Part shown: positions 21,371 to 31,595 of the stretch, piece after piece
Position numbering within the stretch: position 1 is the first letter of the stretch
Layout: the number at the start of each line of letters is the position of its first letter
NCBI GenBank assembly: GCA_964291415.2
Contig: OZ219917.1
Coordinates: 992,001 to 1,056,000 of the forward strand
From: Alphaproteobacteria bacterium
GTDB lineage: Bacteria > Pseudomonadota > Alphaproteobacteria > SP197
Direction: 5' to 3'
Length of the DNA: 64,000 bases
Program-made: the position numbers and the translations under genes
Notes under the pieces: generated by a model
Database searches by the model: none
What the model saw: only the letters and a program-made list of their open reading frames with translations
Told to the model about the DNA's origin: nothing

Positions 21371-22372
21371 TCAACCGTCAGAACTCTCCCGCCGTCCCAC
21401 GCGATCAGACATGAGGCAGAGCAGCTCCCACATCATCTGTGCGCCGTTGAGTGAGGTGATGGATGCGCTGTCGAAGGGGGGCGAGACCTCGACGACGTCA
21501 GCGCCGATGATGTTGATGCCCATCAGCCCGCGCAACATCTGCTGGGCTTCCCTTGTCGTGTAGCCGCCGACCTCGGGCGTGCCCGTCCCCGGTGCGTAGA
21601 CGGGGTCGAGTCCGTCGACATCGAAACTCACATAGACCGGGCCATCGCCGACAACCTCGCGCGCCCGGGCGATGACGGCCTCGATTCCCATCGCATAGAG
21701 CTCCTCGATATGAATGACCGTCATGCCACTCTCGTAGCTGAAGTCCCAAAGGACCTCCGCAGGCCCGCGGATGCCGATCTGGATGGTCCGCTTCGGGTCA
21801 AGGGCGCCGTCCTCCACGGCAACCCTGAAGGGACCGCCGTGGTGGTGCTTGTGACCGAACAGTTCAGGGCCGGTGTCACAGTGGGCGTCAAAGTGGACCA
21901 GCCCCACCGGTTGCCCGAGGGAGTGCTTCAGCGCCCGCATGATCGGCAGGGTGATGGAATGGTCTCCGCCGGCAGAGAGCGGCATCACGCCGGCCGCCGC
22001 CACGCGGTCGTAGAACGCTTCGATGTCACCCATGGCGCGTTCGAGTGCATAGACTCCCTCGATCATGACATCGCCGATATCGGCAACCCGTGCCGTGTCG
22101 TAGGGACGCACGCCGGTCTCGTGGTTGATGCGGCCCATGAGGGTGGACTGTTCACGCAGGGCCCGCGGGCCGTGGCGGGCTCCGGGACGGTTTGTCACCG
22201 CCCCGTCGAAGGGAACGCCGGCGATGCCGATGTCGATGTCGCCCCAGGTTTCGGGATCTTCCCGCAACTCCTGGCGCATGAATGTCGCCACACCGGCATA
22301 GCGGTGGCGGAAAACCGCTCCCCAGGCGAGCTTGCGAGCCTCGGGGACCCCGTCATCCGTGGTGTCACTCAT
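21371..22372 (-). CDS. speB: Agmatinase / ureohydrolase
   Basis: GVPFDG..RPGARHGP, GGDHSIT, HFDAHCD, SFDVDGLDP..APGTGTP, DVVEVSP. Confidence 0.88.
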   Translation of the reverse strand: MSDTTDDGVPEARKLAWGAVFRHRYAGVATFMRQELREDPETWGDIDIGIAGVPFDGAVTNRPGARHGPRALREQSTLMGRINHETGVRPYDTARVADIGDVMIEGVYALERAMGDIEAFYDRVAAAGVMPLSAGGDHSITLPIMRALKHSLGQPVGLVHFDAHCDTGPELFGHKHHHGGPFRVAVEDGALDPKRTIQIGIRGPAEVLWDFSYESGMTVIHIEELYAMGIEAVIARAREVVGDGPVYVSFDVDGLDPVYAPGTGTPEVGGYTTREAQQMLRGLMGINIIGADVVEVSPPFDSASITSLNGAQMMWELLCLMSDRVGRRESSDG

Positions 22373-22457
22373 GACATTCTTCCAGTTCCACAGTCACAGC
22401 CATACTATTGACGTGGATCGGGCCTGTCGCAATCGATCAATCGCCAAGGTGATCCTC

Positions 22458-22919
22458 ATGTCGCACACCACCGCCATACCCCAGATGGGAACCTGCCTGC
22501 CTGGCATCGCCTACGAGGAACGGGCGAGCGTATACGGGCTGGCAACGGATCACGAAGGACGAATCCTCGCCTGCCGGCGGGATGGTGACCGGGTGGTGCT
22601 TCCCGGTGGCGGCCTTGAGGAGGAAGAGGGCGAGGAGGATGCGCTCTGCCGGGAAGTTGCCGAGGAAACGGGCTACCGTGTTCTCGCCGCCCGTTCGCTG
22701 TGCCGGGCATGGCAGTATCACAATCACCGCTTTGCCAAGCCGCCGGTCAACAAGCATTGCCATTTCTTCGTCATGGATGTCGCCAGCAGGCCATCGTCTC
22801 CGGCAGAAGCCGATCATGTGCCGGACTGGATTGAGCCCCGGGAACTGACTTCGTCGCTCACCTACGAGAGCCATCGCTGGGCCGTCACGGTGCTCCGCGG
22901 CATGATCACACCGCCCTGA
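22458..22919 (+). CDS. NUDIX hydrolase
   Basis: Nudix box LPGGGLEEEEGEEDALCREVAEETG. Confidence 0.85.
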   Translation: MSHTTAIPQMGTCLPGIAYEERASVYGLATDHEGRILACRRDGDRVVLPGGGLEEEEGEEDALCREVAEETGYRVLAARSLCRAWQYHNHRFAKPPVNKHCHFFVMDVASRPSSPAEADHVPDWIEPRELTSSLTYESHRWAVTVLRGMITPP

Positions 22920-22962
22920 AGGCCTCCGGGATCTGATTGGCGGAACCGGTCCAGGCACGAGT

Positions 22963-23039
22963 TGGCGCACCCGGCAGGACTCGAACCTGCGACCCCAGGA
23001 TTAGGAATCCTGTGCTCTATCCAGCTGAGCTACGGGTGC
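22963..23039 (-). tRNA. tRNA-Arg (anticodon CCT)
   Basis: Reverse complement GCACCCGTAGCTCAGCTGGATAGAGCACAGGA-TTCCTAA-TCCTGGGGTCGCAGGTTCGAGTCCTGCCGGGTGCGCCA: 77 nt, D and T loops present, encoded CCA. Confidence 0.97.
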
Positions 23040-23142
23040 CGATGCCGACGTGATCTGTCTACCAGAGTGTTCGACAGCGTGCCACCGTCCGTGATTTGCT
23101 GTGACGGCGCGGGCTGATAGGCTGGCAACGAAGGGGGTCATC

Positions 23143-26100
23143 ATGCAACTGCGGGATCACCACCAGTTGACCGAACGTATTGACGAGGTGGTCCGCCTGG
23201 TCCGGAACGGTTTCGCGGAAGAAGCCGATCACGCAGCCCGATTCGCCGAGATCTTCCTGGGCGGCGTCATCTACGAAGACGTCGAAGGCATATCGACTGA
23301 GAACCTCTACGGGGAGGTCGCGTCCCTGTGGCAGTTCTTCCGCCACCGCCGCGCCGGCGGGGCGAAGGTCCGCGTGTTCGATCCGGATCCGGAGGAAGAT
23401 GGTTGGCAGTCGACTCACACGGTGATCGAGATTGTCAACGACGACATGCCCTTTCTCGTGGATTCCGTTGTCGCCGCACTCAATGTGCTCGGGATCCCGG
23501 TACTCCTGCTCATACACCCGGTGGTGCACGTCACCCGCGACGATGACGGCGTCCAGACAGGGATTGGAGACGGTCCGAGCGAATCGGTCCTGCACGTCGA
23601 AATCACCCAGCAGCCTGAGGAACGCCACCGGGAGATTGTCGAACGACTGCACCACGTCCTTGGTCAGGTGCGTGCCGCGGTCGAGGACTGGCGTCCCATG
23701 GTCGCCTGTCTGGAACGGCACATGGCGGCACTCGAGACGGCGCCCCCGTCCGTGCCTGCGGGCGAGCTCGAGGAAGGACTTGCCTTTCTGAAATGGCTGC
23801 TCGACGACCATTTCACCTTCCTTGGCTACCGGGAATACCGTTTCGATCGGCGTGACGGCAAGGTCTTTGCCCGCATCGTCGAGGGGGAGAATCGCGGTAT
23901 CCTGCGCGAGGTCACCGAGGAAAGCCGCAAGCGTCACGAACAGGCACTGCCCGAACACTTCGTGCAGTACCTGGAAAGCCCGGAGCTCTTCATCATTTCC
24001 AAGGCATGGACGCGCTCGGACGTCCACCGGCCGGTCTTCATGGACTACATCGGCCTGCGCCGCTTCGACGACTCGGGCGAGGTCGTCGGTGAGTACCGCT
24101 TCCTCGGTCTGCTGACGTCGACTGCCTACAACACGTCGCCAACCCAGATCCCCCTGTTGCGCCGGAAGGTTGCGATGGTGATGGAGCGCTCGGGAGCGAC
24201 TCCGGGCAGCCACAACGCCAAGGCCCTGGAACATATCCTCGATACGTTTCCGCGTGACGAACTGTTCCAGATCGATGTCGACGCCCTGGAGTCCTTCTCC
24301 CGGGGCATCCTCCACCTCGAGCATCGCCAGCGCATCCGTCTCTTCCTGAGACGGGATTCCTACGGCCAGTTTGTCTCCTGCCTCGTCTACATTCCCCGTG
24401 AACGCTATTCCACCGATCTGCGCCGCAGGATGGAGGCCATCCTCCTCGAGGAGCTCAACGGCAGTTCGGTGGACGTTCAGACGCAGGTCTCCGATGCACC
24501 GATGGCCCGGGCGCAGTTCATCGTCCACACCCCGGACAAGGACAGGGTGGAAGGTGAACCGGATGCCATCGAGAGGCGCCTTACCGCGGCGTCACGGACC
24601 TGGGACGACGACCTCCACGATGCGCTGACCGAGGAGTTTGGCGAGGGCCGGGGGACCGTGCTCTTCCACCGCTATCGTCCGGGAATCCCGGGCGGCTACA
24701 AGGAGATGTTCAGCACCCGCCTTGCGGTCGCCGACATCCAGCGCATGGAGGCCATGGGCGACGACGACATCGCGATGAACCTCTATCGCCGCGTCGACGC
24801 CGCCGAAGGCGATCTCCACTTCAAGGTCTATCACGGCGGGACGGCGGTGCCGCTGTCGGGGATCATGCCCATGCTCGAGCACATGGGCCTGGTGGTCATC
24901 GAGGAAGCGCCCTACGAGATTCGCCCGGACGACGGGACAGTCATCTGGATTCACGATTTCCGGGTCCAGCTCGAACACGGTTGGCGGGTCGACGTGGCGG
25001 AGGTGCGCCAGCGCTTCCACGAGACCTTTGCGCGGGTGTGGACCGGCGAGATCGAGGACGACGACTTCAACAATCTCGTGCTCGTCGGCCTCGACTGGCG
25101 GCAGGTGGTCATCCTTCGCGCCTACGCCAAGTTCCTCATGCAGATCAACGCGCCCTTCAGTCAGGCCTACGTCGAGCAGACCATGGCGGCCAATCCGGCC
25201 ATCGCGAGCCTTCTCGTTGATTTCTTCGAAACGCGATTCGACCCCGACAGGCAGGCACGGGCCCACGTGCGCGGCATCACCCTGCGCGAGCGCATTCTCG
25301 AAGCGCTCGATGGCGTCGTGTCGCTGGACCAGGACCGCATTCTGCGCCGCTATCTCAATCTGATCGAAGCCACGCTGCGCACCAACTTCTACCAGACGGA
25401 TGGCGCCGGCGCCGTCAGGTCGTGTGTTTCCTTCAAGTTCGACAGTCAGGCAATTCACGGTCTGCCGGAACCCCGGCCCTGGCGGGAGATCTTTGTCTAT
25501 TCGACCAGGGTCGAGGCGGTTCACCTGCGCGGCGGACCGGTGGCGAGAGGCGGCATTCGCTGGTCCGACCGGTTCGAGGACTTCCGCACCGAGGTCCTGG
25601 GCCTGGTGAAGGCGCAGGTGGTGAAGAATGCGGTGATCGTGCCGGTCGGGTCCAAGGGAGGCTTTGTCGTCAAGAGGCCGCCCCCCGCCAGCGCGGGTCG
25701 TGACGCCATGCAGGCCGAGGGTGTCGCCTGCTACCGGATGTTCATGGCCGCCATGCTTGATATCACCGACAACATTTCCGGTGGCCATGTTGTCACGAGG
25801 GAGCGCCTGGTCCGGCGCGACGACGATGACCCCTACCTGGTGGTTGCCGCCGACAAGGGCACGGCAACCTTCTCGGATATCGCCAATGATGTGGCCGCCG
25901 GCTATGGCCACTGGCTCGGTGACGCCTTTGCATCGGGAGGATCGGCGGGCTACGACCACAAGGCGATGGCGATCACGGCCAAGGGAGCCTGGGAGGCTGT
26001 CCGCCGGCACTTCCGCGAGATCGGCAAGGATGTCGAGTGCGAGGATTTCACGGTGATCGGCGTCGGCGACATGATGGGTGACGTGTTCGGCAACGGCATG

Positions 26101-27936
26101 CTGCTGTCCCGTCACATTCGCCTCATCGGCGCTTTCAATCACATGCACATCTTCATCGATCCGGACCCGGACGCCGAGACGAGCTGGGAGGAACGCAAAC
26201 GCCTGTTCGACCTTCCCCGGTCGACCTGGGCCGACTACGACACGGCCTGCCTGAGCGAAGGCGGCGCCATCTATGAGCGCAGCGCCAAGTCGGTCAGCCT
26301 GTCGCCCCAGAGTCGCAAGGCGCTCGGTATCACCGAGGAGACGCTGACGCCCGCGGAACTCATCCACGCCATGCTGAAAGCCGATGTCGAACTGTTGTGG
26401 AACGGAGGTATCGGCACCTACATCAAGGCGGCCCAGGAAAGCCATGCCAGTGTCGGCGACCGGGCCAACGACGGTGTGCGCGTCAACGGCCGACAGGTAG
26501 GAGCCCGGGTGGTGGGCGAGGGCGGCAATCTCGGCGCCACCCAGGCGGGCCGCATCGAGTACGCGCTCGCCGGTGGCCGTATCAACACGGATGCCATCGA
26601 CAATTCCGGCGGTGTCGACTGTTCGGACCACGAGGTCAACATCAAGATCCTGCTGGGCGATGTCGTCGAGGCGGGCGACATGACGGTCAAGCAGCGTGAC
26701 CGCCTCCTCGAACGGATGACCGGCGAGGTGGCCGGCCTCGTGCTGCGCAGCAACTACCTGCAGACCCAGGCGTTGTCGGTCGCCGAGACCCAGGGGCCGG
26801 CGCTGACCGAGGAACTGGTGCGCCTGATGCGGGTGCTTGAGCACAAGGGGCTTCTGGACCGCAGGGTCGAAGGCCTGCCCGACGATGAGGAACTGGGCGA
26901 ATGGCGTTCCAGGGGTCGCCAATTCACCCGCCCGGAGCTGTCGGTGCTGCTGGCCTGGGCCAAGATGGACCTCTATGCGGAACTCCTCGGTTCGGATCTG
27001 CCCGACGACCCGGACCTGCAGGATGATCTGGTCACCTACTTCCCGGTTCCGCTGAGAAGATCGCACCGCGAGCGAATCCTCGATCACAGGCTGCGCCGCG
27101 AGATTGTCGCCACGGTCACCACCAATTCCATCATCAATCGCGCCGGCATCACCTTCGTGCGCCGCCTGGCGGAGGAAACGGGCCACGATCTTGCCGATAT
27201 CGCCCGCGCCTACAGGGTGGTCCGCGATTCCTTCTCGCTGCGCGATATCTGGATCGGCATCGAGACTCTCGACAACCAGGTTCCCGCCCATGTCCAGTCG
27301 GCAATGCTGAACGAGACCATTCTCCTCATCGAGCGGGTCACGGTGTGGATGCTCCATCACCGCCAGCACCCGATGGCGATCGGAGAAACGACCCGCGCCT
27401 TCCGCCCACAGGTCATGGCGCTGAAGGACAATCTTCCCGATCTGGTCAGCAAGCGGCGCCGGAAGTCGATCAGCCGGGCCTACAGGCGCTTCGTCAAGGA
27501 AGGAGTGCCCGACGACATTGCCGCGCCGGTGGCGAACCTGCGTACGCTCGCATCGGCATGCGACGTCATCGAGACGGCCAATGTCAGGGAGATCGACGTG
27601 ATCGATGCCGCCACGGTCTTCTTCGAGGTCGGGGAGACCTTCGGCGCCGACTGGATGCGCGATGCGCTGGCGCGCCTGCCGGTGGACAATCGCTGGGATC
27701 GCCTTGCTCAGCAGGCTCTCGTCGAGGACAGCTACCTCAAGCAGCGCCGCATCAGCCTCGCTGTCCTGGCCACAGGCGAGCCCGCAGCTTCGGCGACGAC
27801 CCGCTGGATCAGGGACAACCAGGCCCGCGTCGCCCGGGCGAACGCGATCATGAACGATCTGAAGGGCGCCGACTCTCCCGGCAGCTTCGCCATGGCCTCG
27901 GTCGCTGCCCGGGCTCTCGCCTCCCTAGCGGAATGA
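23143..27936 (+). CDS. gdhB: Large NAD-specific glutamate dehydrogenase (about 1600 aa)
   Basis: DDMPFLVDSV, VARGGIRWSDR, KAQ.VKNAVIVP, DPYLVVAADKGTATFSD, GEGGNLG, NTDAIDNSGGVDCSDHEVNIKI. Confidence 0.95.
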   Translation: MQLRDHHQLTERIDEVVRLVRNGFAEEADHAARFAEIFLGGVIYEDVEGISTENLYGEVASLWQFFRHRRAGGAKVRVFDPDPEEDGWQSTHTVIEIVNDDMPFLVDSVVAALNVLGIPVLLLIHPVVHVTRDDDGVQTGIGDGPSESVLHVEITQQPEERHREIVERLHHVLGQVRAAVEDWRPMVACLERHMAALETAPPSVPAGELEEGLAFLKWLLDDHFTFLGYREYRFDRRDGKVFARIVEGENRGILREVTEESRKRHEQALPEHFVQYLESPELFIISKAWTRSDVHRPVFMDYIGLRRFDDSGEVVGEYRFLGLLTSTAYNTSPTQIPLLRRKVAMVMERSGATPGSHNAKALEHILDTFPRDELFQIDVDALESFSRGILHLEHRQRIRLFLRRDSYGQFVSCLVYIPRERYSTDLRRRMEAILLEELNGSSVDVQTQVSDAPMARAQFIVHTPDKDRVEGEPDAIERRLTAASRTWDDDLHDALTEEFGEGRGTVLFHRYRPGIPGGYKEMFSTRLAVADIQRMEAMGDDDIAMNLYRRVDAAEGDLHFKVYHGGTAVPLSGIMPMLEHMGLVVIEEAPYEIRPDDGTVIWIHDFRVQLEHGWRVDVAEVRQRFHETFARVWTGEIEDDDFNNLVLVGLDWRQVVILRAYAKFLMQINAPFSQAYVEQTMAANPAIASLLVDFFETRFDPDRQARAHVRGITLRERILEALDGVVSLDQDRILRRYLNLIEATLRTNFYQTDGAGAVRSCVSFKFDSQAIHGLPEPRPWREIFVYSTRVEAVHLRGGPVARGGIRWSDRFEDFRTEVLGLVKAQVVKNAVIVPVGSKGGFVVKRPPPASAGRDAMQAEGVACYRMFMAAMLDITDNISGGHVVTRERLVRRDDDDPYLVVAADKGTATFSDIANDVAAGYGHWLGDAFASGGSAGYDHKAMAITAKGAWEAVRRHFREIGKDVECEDFTVIGVGDMMGDVFGNGMLLSRHIRLIGAFNHMHIFIDPDPDAETSWEERKRLFDLPRSTWADYDTACLSEGGAIYERSAKSVSLSPQSRKALGITEETLTPAELIHAMLKADVELLWNGGIGTYIKAAQESHASVGDRANDGVRVNGRQVGARVVGEGGNLGATQAGRIEYALAGGRINTDAIDNSGGVDCSDHEVNIKILLGDVVEAGDMTVKQRDRLLERMTGEVAGLVLRSNYLQTQALSVAETQGPALTEELVRLMRVLEHKGLLDRRVEGLPDDEELGEWRSRGRQFTRPELSVLLAWAKMDLYAELLGSDLPDDPDLQDDLVTYFPVPLRRSHRERILDHRLRREIVATVTTNSIINRAGITFVRRLAEETGHDLADIARAYRVVRDSFSLRDIWIGIETLDNQVPAHVQSAMLNETILLIERVTVWMLHHRQHPMAIGETTRAFRPQVMALKDNLPDLVSKRRRKSISRAYRRFVKEGVPDDIAAPVANLRTLASACDVIETANVREIDVIDAATVFFEVGETFGADWMRDALARLPVDNRWDRLAQQALVEDSYLKQRRISLAVLATGEPAASATTRWIRDNQARVARANAIMNDLKGADSPGSFAMASVAARALASLAE

Positions 27937-28871
27937 GCCGGGCCTTCCTTCTTGTCAGCCGGTACGAGGATGCCGTCGCATGGCGCCAGGAGCTTCTCGC
28001 CCTGGTGCCGGGCATGGACTTTCGCGTCTGGCCCGATTGCGCCGATCCGGGTGACGTGACGATGATCGCCATCGACTACGACGACATCTCCGGCGAGCTC
28101 CTGGGTTCCTTTCCCAATCTTCGCTGCATCGTCTATCTCGGTCACGGAGCCGGCGACCTGCTCGATCATCCGGCCATGCCTGCAGGCGTCGACGTCGTCC
28201 GCCTGAAGGATCCAGGCCTGATCGGCGCCATGGTGGAATACGTCATCCTCCACATCCTGCGCGACCTCAGGATGGAGCCGCTCTACCGCGAGCAGCAGAG
28301 AACGCGCGTGTGGCGCCAGCACCTTCCCCGTCTCGCGAGGGACGTGCATGTCGGTGTCATGGGCCTCGGCTCGACTGGCAGCGCCATCGCCCGGGCCCTC
28401 GCCGGTCTCCGTTTCAGGGTGTCGGGCTGGGCGAAGAGCGCCCATGTCCTTGAAGGCGTGACGTGCCTCAACGGCCGGGACACTCTTGCCAGGTTCCTGG
28501 GCGATCTCGACTACTGCGTCTCGACGCTCCCGCTGACCCGGGAAACGAGAGACCTCGTCGACGCCACCACCATCGCTGCCATGAAGACGGGTGCTCATTT
28601 CATCAACATCGGCCGTGGCGCCACCGTCGTCGAAGAGGACCTCCTCGCCGCCATCGAGAGCGGCCACCTGTCGGGCGCCACTCTCGACGTCTTCCGCACC
28701 GAGCCGTTGCCCCGGGACCACCCCTTCTGGTCCCATCCGAAGGTCACGGTCACACCCCACGAGTCCGCCGGCCGTCTTGACGGCTCGCTCCCGGCCATTG
28801 CCGAGAACTGGCAACGCCTCCTCCAGGGCCGCCCTCTCATCAATCTCGCCGATCCCCAGAAGGGCTACTGA
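27933..28871 (+). CDS. ghrA: Glyoxylate/hydroxypyruvate reductase A-like 2-hydroxyacid dehydrogenase
   Basis: GVMGLGSTG, LPLTRET, INIGRG, ATLDVF..EPL, VTPH. ATGA overlap with gdh. Confidence 0.85.
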   Translation: MSRAFLLVSRYEDAVAWRQELLALVPGMDFRVWPDCADPGDVTMIAIDYDDISGELLGSFPNLRCIVYLGHGAGDLLDHPAMPAGVDVVRLKDPGLIGAMVEYVILHILRDLRMEPLYREQQRTRVWRQHLPRLARDVHVGVMGLGSTGSAIARALAGLRFRVSGWAKSAHVLEGVTCLNGRDTLARFLGDLDYCVSTLPLTRETRDLVDATTIAAMKTGAHFINIGRGATVVEEDLLAAIESGHLSGATLDVFRTEPLPRDHPFWSHPKVTVTPHESAGRLDGSLPAIAENWQRLLQGRPLINLADPQKGY

Positions 28872-28919
28872 GACCGCCGCACGCAGACGACGAACGGTCC
28901 TGCACGACAGGAGGACGAC

Positions 28920-30152
28920 ATGCCGAGGGATTCTCACCATGCACAGGAAGAACCGCGCTGGCAGGTTTTCGAAGCGGCTGCGGGTGTAAGCCGGCGGGGC
29001 TTCGTCGCCGGCGCCGGGCTGTTCGGCATGACGATCCCCTTTCATTCCGTCATGCCGACCGCCCTTGCCAGCGACGACGCTCTGGCCGGCAAGAACGGGC
29101 TCACGCTCTTGAATGACCTGCCGCTCAATGCCGAGACGCCGGCGCATCTGCTCGACGATGCGATCACTCCCACCAGCCGGCACTTCATCCGCAATAACGG
29201 CCTGCCTCCGGAAGATGTCGATGCCGCCGGCTGGACGCTCGCCGTGGAAGGGCTGGTGAACAGCCCCGCAGTGTTTTCGATCGACGAGCTTCGCGGACGG
29301 TTCGAAGTGGTGACCATGGCGCTTACCATCGAATGCGGCGGCAACGGCCGGGCCTTCTTCGACCCTCCGGTGGGGGGCGAACAGTGGACCACGGGCGCCG
29401 TCGCCTGCTCGGAATGGACCGGCGTCAGGCTCGCCGACGTGCTGAAGAAGGTCGGTGTGCGGCCAGGTGCCGTCTACACCGCGCACTACAGCGCGGACAC
29501 GCTTGTTTCCGGCGACGAGGGCAAGCTGCCGATCTCTCGCGGTGTGCCGATCGCCAAGGCCATGACGGGCAATGTACTCATTGCCTTTGCCATGAACGGC
29601 GGACCGCTGCACAGGCACAATGGCGCACCGCTCCGCCTCGTGGTGCCGGGCTGGCCGGGTGCCTGTTCCCAGAAGTGGCTGCGCCGCGTCGAGATCCGCG
29701 ACCAGGTGCATGACGGACCGAAGATGACCGGCACCTCCTACCGGGTGCCGCGCTACCCGGTCGCTCCGGGCGAAAGGGTGCCGGAAGAGGATTTCGACAT
29801 CATCGAGCGCATGCCGGTCAAATCCCTGGTGACGTCACCGCAACATGGCGCAACAGTCACCCGCGAGATCGACGTGCGCGGACACGCCTGGTCGGGCGAC
29901 CGGACCGTTTCCGCAGTCCACATCTCCATCGATCTCGGCAGGACCTGGATGACGGCCGAACTCGACGCGCCGGTCAACCCGGGCGCCTGGCAGAACTGGC
30001 GCCGCAGGATCGCCTTTCCCCAGGCCGGGTACTACGAGGTCTGGTCACGGGCGAGCGACAGTGAGGGCGACGTGCAGCCGTTCGCCATCGACTGGAACCC
30101 GAAAGGCTATCTCAACAACTCCGTGCACCGGATCGCACTGCGCGTGACCTGA
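28920..30152 (+). CDS. Periplasmic molybdopterin sulfite oxidase/dehydrogenase (SorT/SorA-like)
   Basis: Tat motif SRRGFV, NAETP, HFIRNNG, ECGGNGR (Mo-ligand Cys), HNGAPLRLVVPGW.G..SQKW, WNPKGYLNN. Confidence 0.9.
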   Translation: MPRDSHHAQEEPRWQVFEAAAGVSRRGFVAGAGLFGMTIPFHSVMPTALASDDALAGKNGLTLLNDLPLNAETPAHLLDDAITPTSRHFIRNNGLPPEDVDAAGWTLAVEGLVNSPAVFSIDELRGRFEVVTMALTIECGGNGRAFFDPPVGGEQWTTGAVACSEWTGVRLADVLKKVGVRPGAVYTAHYSADTLVSGDEGKLPISRGVPIAKAMTGNVLIAFAMNGGPLHRHNGAPLRLVVPGWPGACSQKWLRRVEIRDQVHDGPKMTGTSYRVPRYPVAPGERVPEEDFDIIERMPVKSLVTSPQHGATVTREIDVRGHAWSGDRTVSAVHISIDLGRTWMTAELDAPVNPGAWQNWRRRIAFPQAGYYEVWSRASDSEGDVQPFAIDWNPKGYLNNSVHRIALRVT

Positions 30153-30164
30153 TCACGGGGCGCG

Positions 30165-30330
30165 TGCTGCGCTATCGATGCCGACGACGTTTCCATTGGT
30201 CTGCCGCCTTGCAATGGCGGTCTGTTCGATCGGCGTCGCGCGCCACCGTTGGGGCGTGTCCGGCTCGCCGATGCGGTGATGGTTGATGTGATTGACGCAT
30301 TGTCGTTTGAGCAGACACCGCATCCCGCAC
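30165..30330 (+). pseudogene. Short internal remnant of a type IIG (Eco57I-like) restriction-modification enzyme
   Basis: Translates as AIDADDVSIGLPPCNGGLFDRRRAPPLGRVRLADAVMVDVIDALSFEQTP, resembling the (P)YNGGLF segment that precedes the MTase core in type IIG proteins. No start codon or continuation. Confidence 0.55.
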
Positions 30331-30333
30331 ACC

Positions 30334-30364
30334 AGAATTGGTCCAATTCTCCCCAATGTTGGGG
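30334..30364. promoter_or_regulatory. Two adjacent palindromes upstream of tctC (candidate operator)
   Basis: AGAATTGG-T-CCAATTCT (30334-30350) followed directly by CCCCAA-TG-TTGGGG (30351-30364). Confidence 0.4.
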
Positions 30365-30520
30365 ACGCGCGGAAGCCCGCAGCTGCACTATTCTCACCAA
30401 GGCAACGAGGGTCTTCCGGAAGGTGAATTAGCTCATAGCCAGCGAGCAATGTCGCTCCCCCGAAGGAAAGCGGCATTCGAAGTGGAACGTCCTCGAACCA
30501 GCAAACAGGAGTGGTGACCG

Positions 30521-31516
30521 ATGAAAACAACTCCCACCCGGCGCACAGGCTTGGCCGTCCTCGCCGCGGCCGTGATCGCGGCCAGTTCGTGGGTACCCGC
30601 ACAGGGCGCCGACAAAGTACTCGACAGTATTCACTTCCTGATACCGGGCGGTGCCGGCGGCGGCTGGGACGGTACGGCCCGCGGCACCGGAGAGGCCCTC
30701 ACGAAGTCCGGCATCATCGGCAACGCATCCTATGAAAACTTGTCGGGCGGTGGTGGCGGCAAGGCCATCGGCTACCTGATCGAGAACGCCGAATCGAACC
30801 ACGGCACTCTGATGGTCAACTCGACGCCGATCATCATACGATCGCTGATCGGGCGTTTCCCGCACAATTTTCGCGACCTGACCATGATTGCCAGCACGAT
30901 CGGCGACTACGCGGCGTTCGTCACCGGCAAGAACAGCGCCTACGAAGATTTTCCTGCGCTCGTCGCGGCGTTCAAGGAAGATCCGCGCAGCGTATCGATC
31001 GGCGGCGGCTCCGTACCGGGCGGCTTGGACCACCTGGTTGCCGCCCTGGCCTTCGACGCCGCCGGCGCTGATCCGACCAGGATGAAGTACATTCCCTATG
31101 ACGCCGGCGGCAAGTTGAATGCGGCGATCCTGTCCGGCGAGGTCCAGGCGGGTTCGACCGGATTCTCCGAAGCTGTCGAGCTTGTCAAGGCCGGCGAGAT
31201 GCGAATTCTTGCGGTGACCTCCAGCGAGCGCGTGGCGGCGTTCGCGGATGCGCCGACGCTCAGGGAACAGGGCGTCGATGCAACCTTCGTCAACTGGCGC
31301 GGCTTCTTCGGCGCACCGGGATTGCCGGAAGACATGGCGGCGCTGTACCGCAAGGCCATCGCCGCCATGTACGGCACCCCGGAATGGGAGGCCGTGCGCG
31401 ACCGCAACGGTTGGGTGGACATCCACAATTCCGGCGAGGACTTCACGGCCTTCCTCGAGAACCAGGAGAAGGTGATCAAGGAACTGATGCAGAGGCTCGG
31501 TTTCCTGGGGAACTAG
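30521..31516 (+). CDS. tctC: Tripartite tricarboxylate transporter substrate-binding protein TctC
   Basis: Signal peptide, IPGGAGGGWDGTAR, ENLSGGGG, FVNWRGFFG. Confidence 0.9.
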   Translation: MKTTPTRRTGLAVLAAAVIAASSWVPAQGADKVLDSIHFLIPGGAGGGWDGTARGTGEALTKSGIIGNASYENLSGGGGGKAIGYLIENAESNHGTLMVNSTPIIIRSLIGRFPHNFRDLTMIASTIGDYAAFVTGKNSAYEDFPALVAAFKEDPRSVSIGGGSVPGGLDHLVAALAFDAAGADPTRMKYIPYDAGGKLNAAILSGEVQAGSTGFSEAVELVKAGEMRILAVTSSERVAAFADAPTLREQGVDATFVNWRGFFGAPGLPEDMAALYRKAIAAMYGTPEWEAVRDRNGWVDIHNSGEDFTAFLENQEKVIKELMQRLGFLGN

Positions 31517-31595
31517 GCCAGCCTGCCGGGAGCGCCGTCCCGGAACGCCCGGTCGGCCGTTTCCTCCCGGCGTACGGAAAGGATCGGACGGCGCC

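Noticed and set aside
20900-22962. Prophage or ICE integrated at tRNA-Arg
   Set aside because: No integrase and no repeat of the tRNA 3' end found; only an orphan RHH-like ORF.
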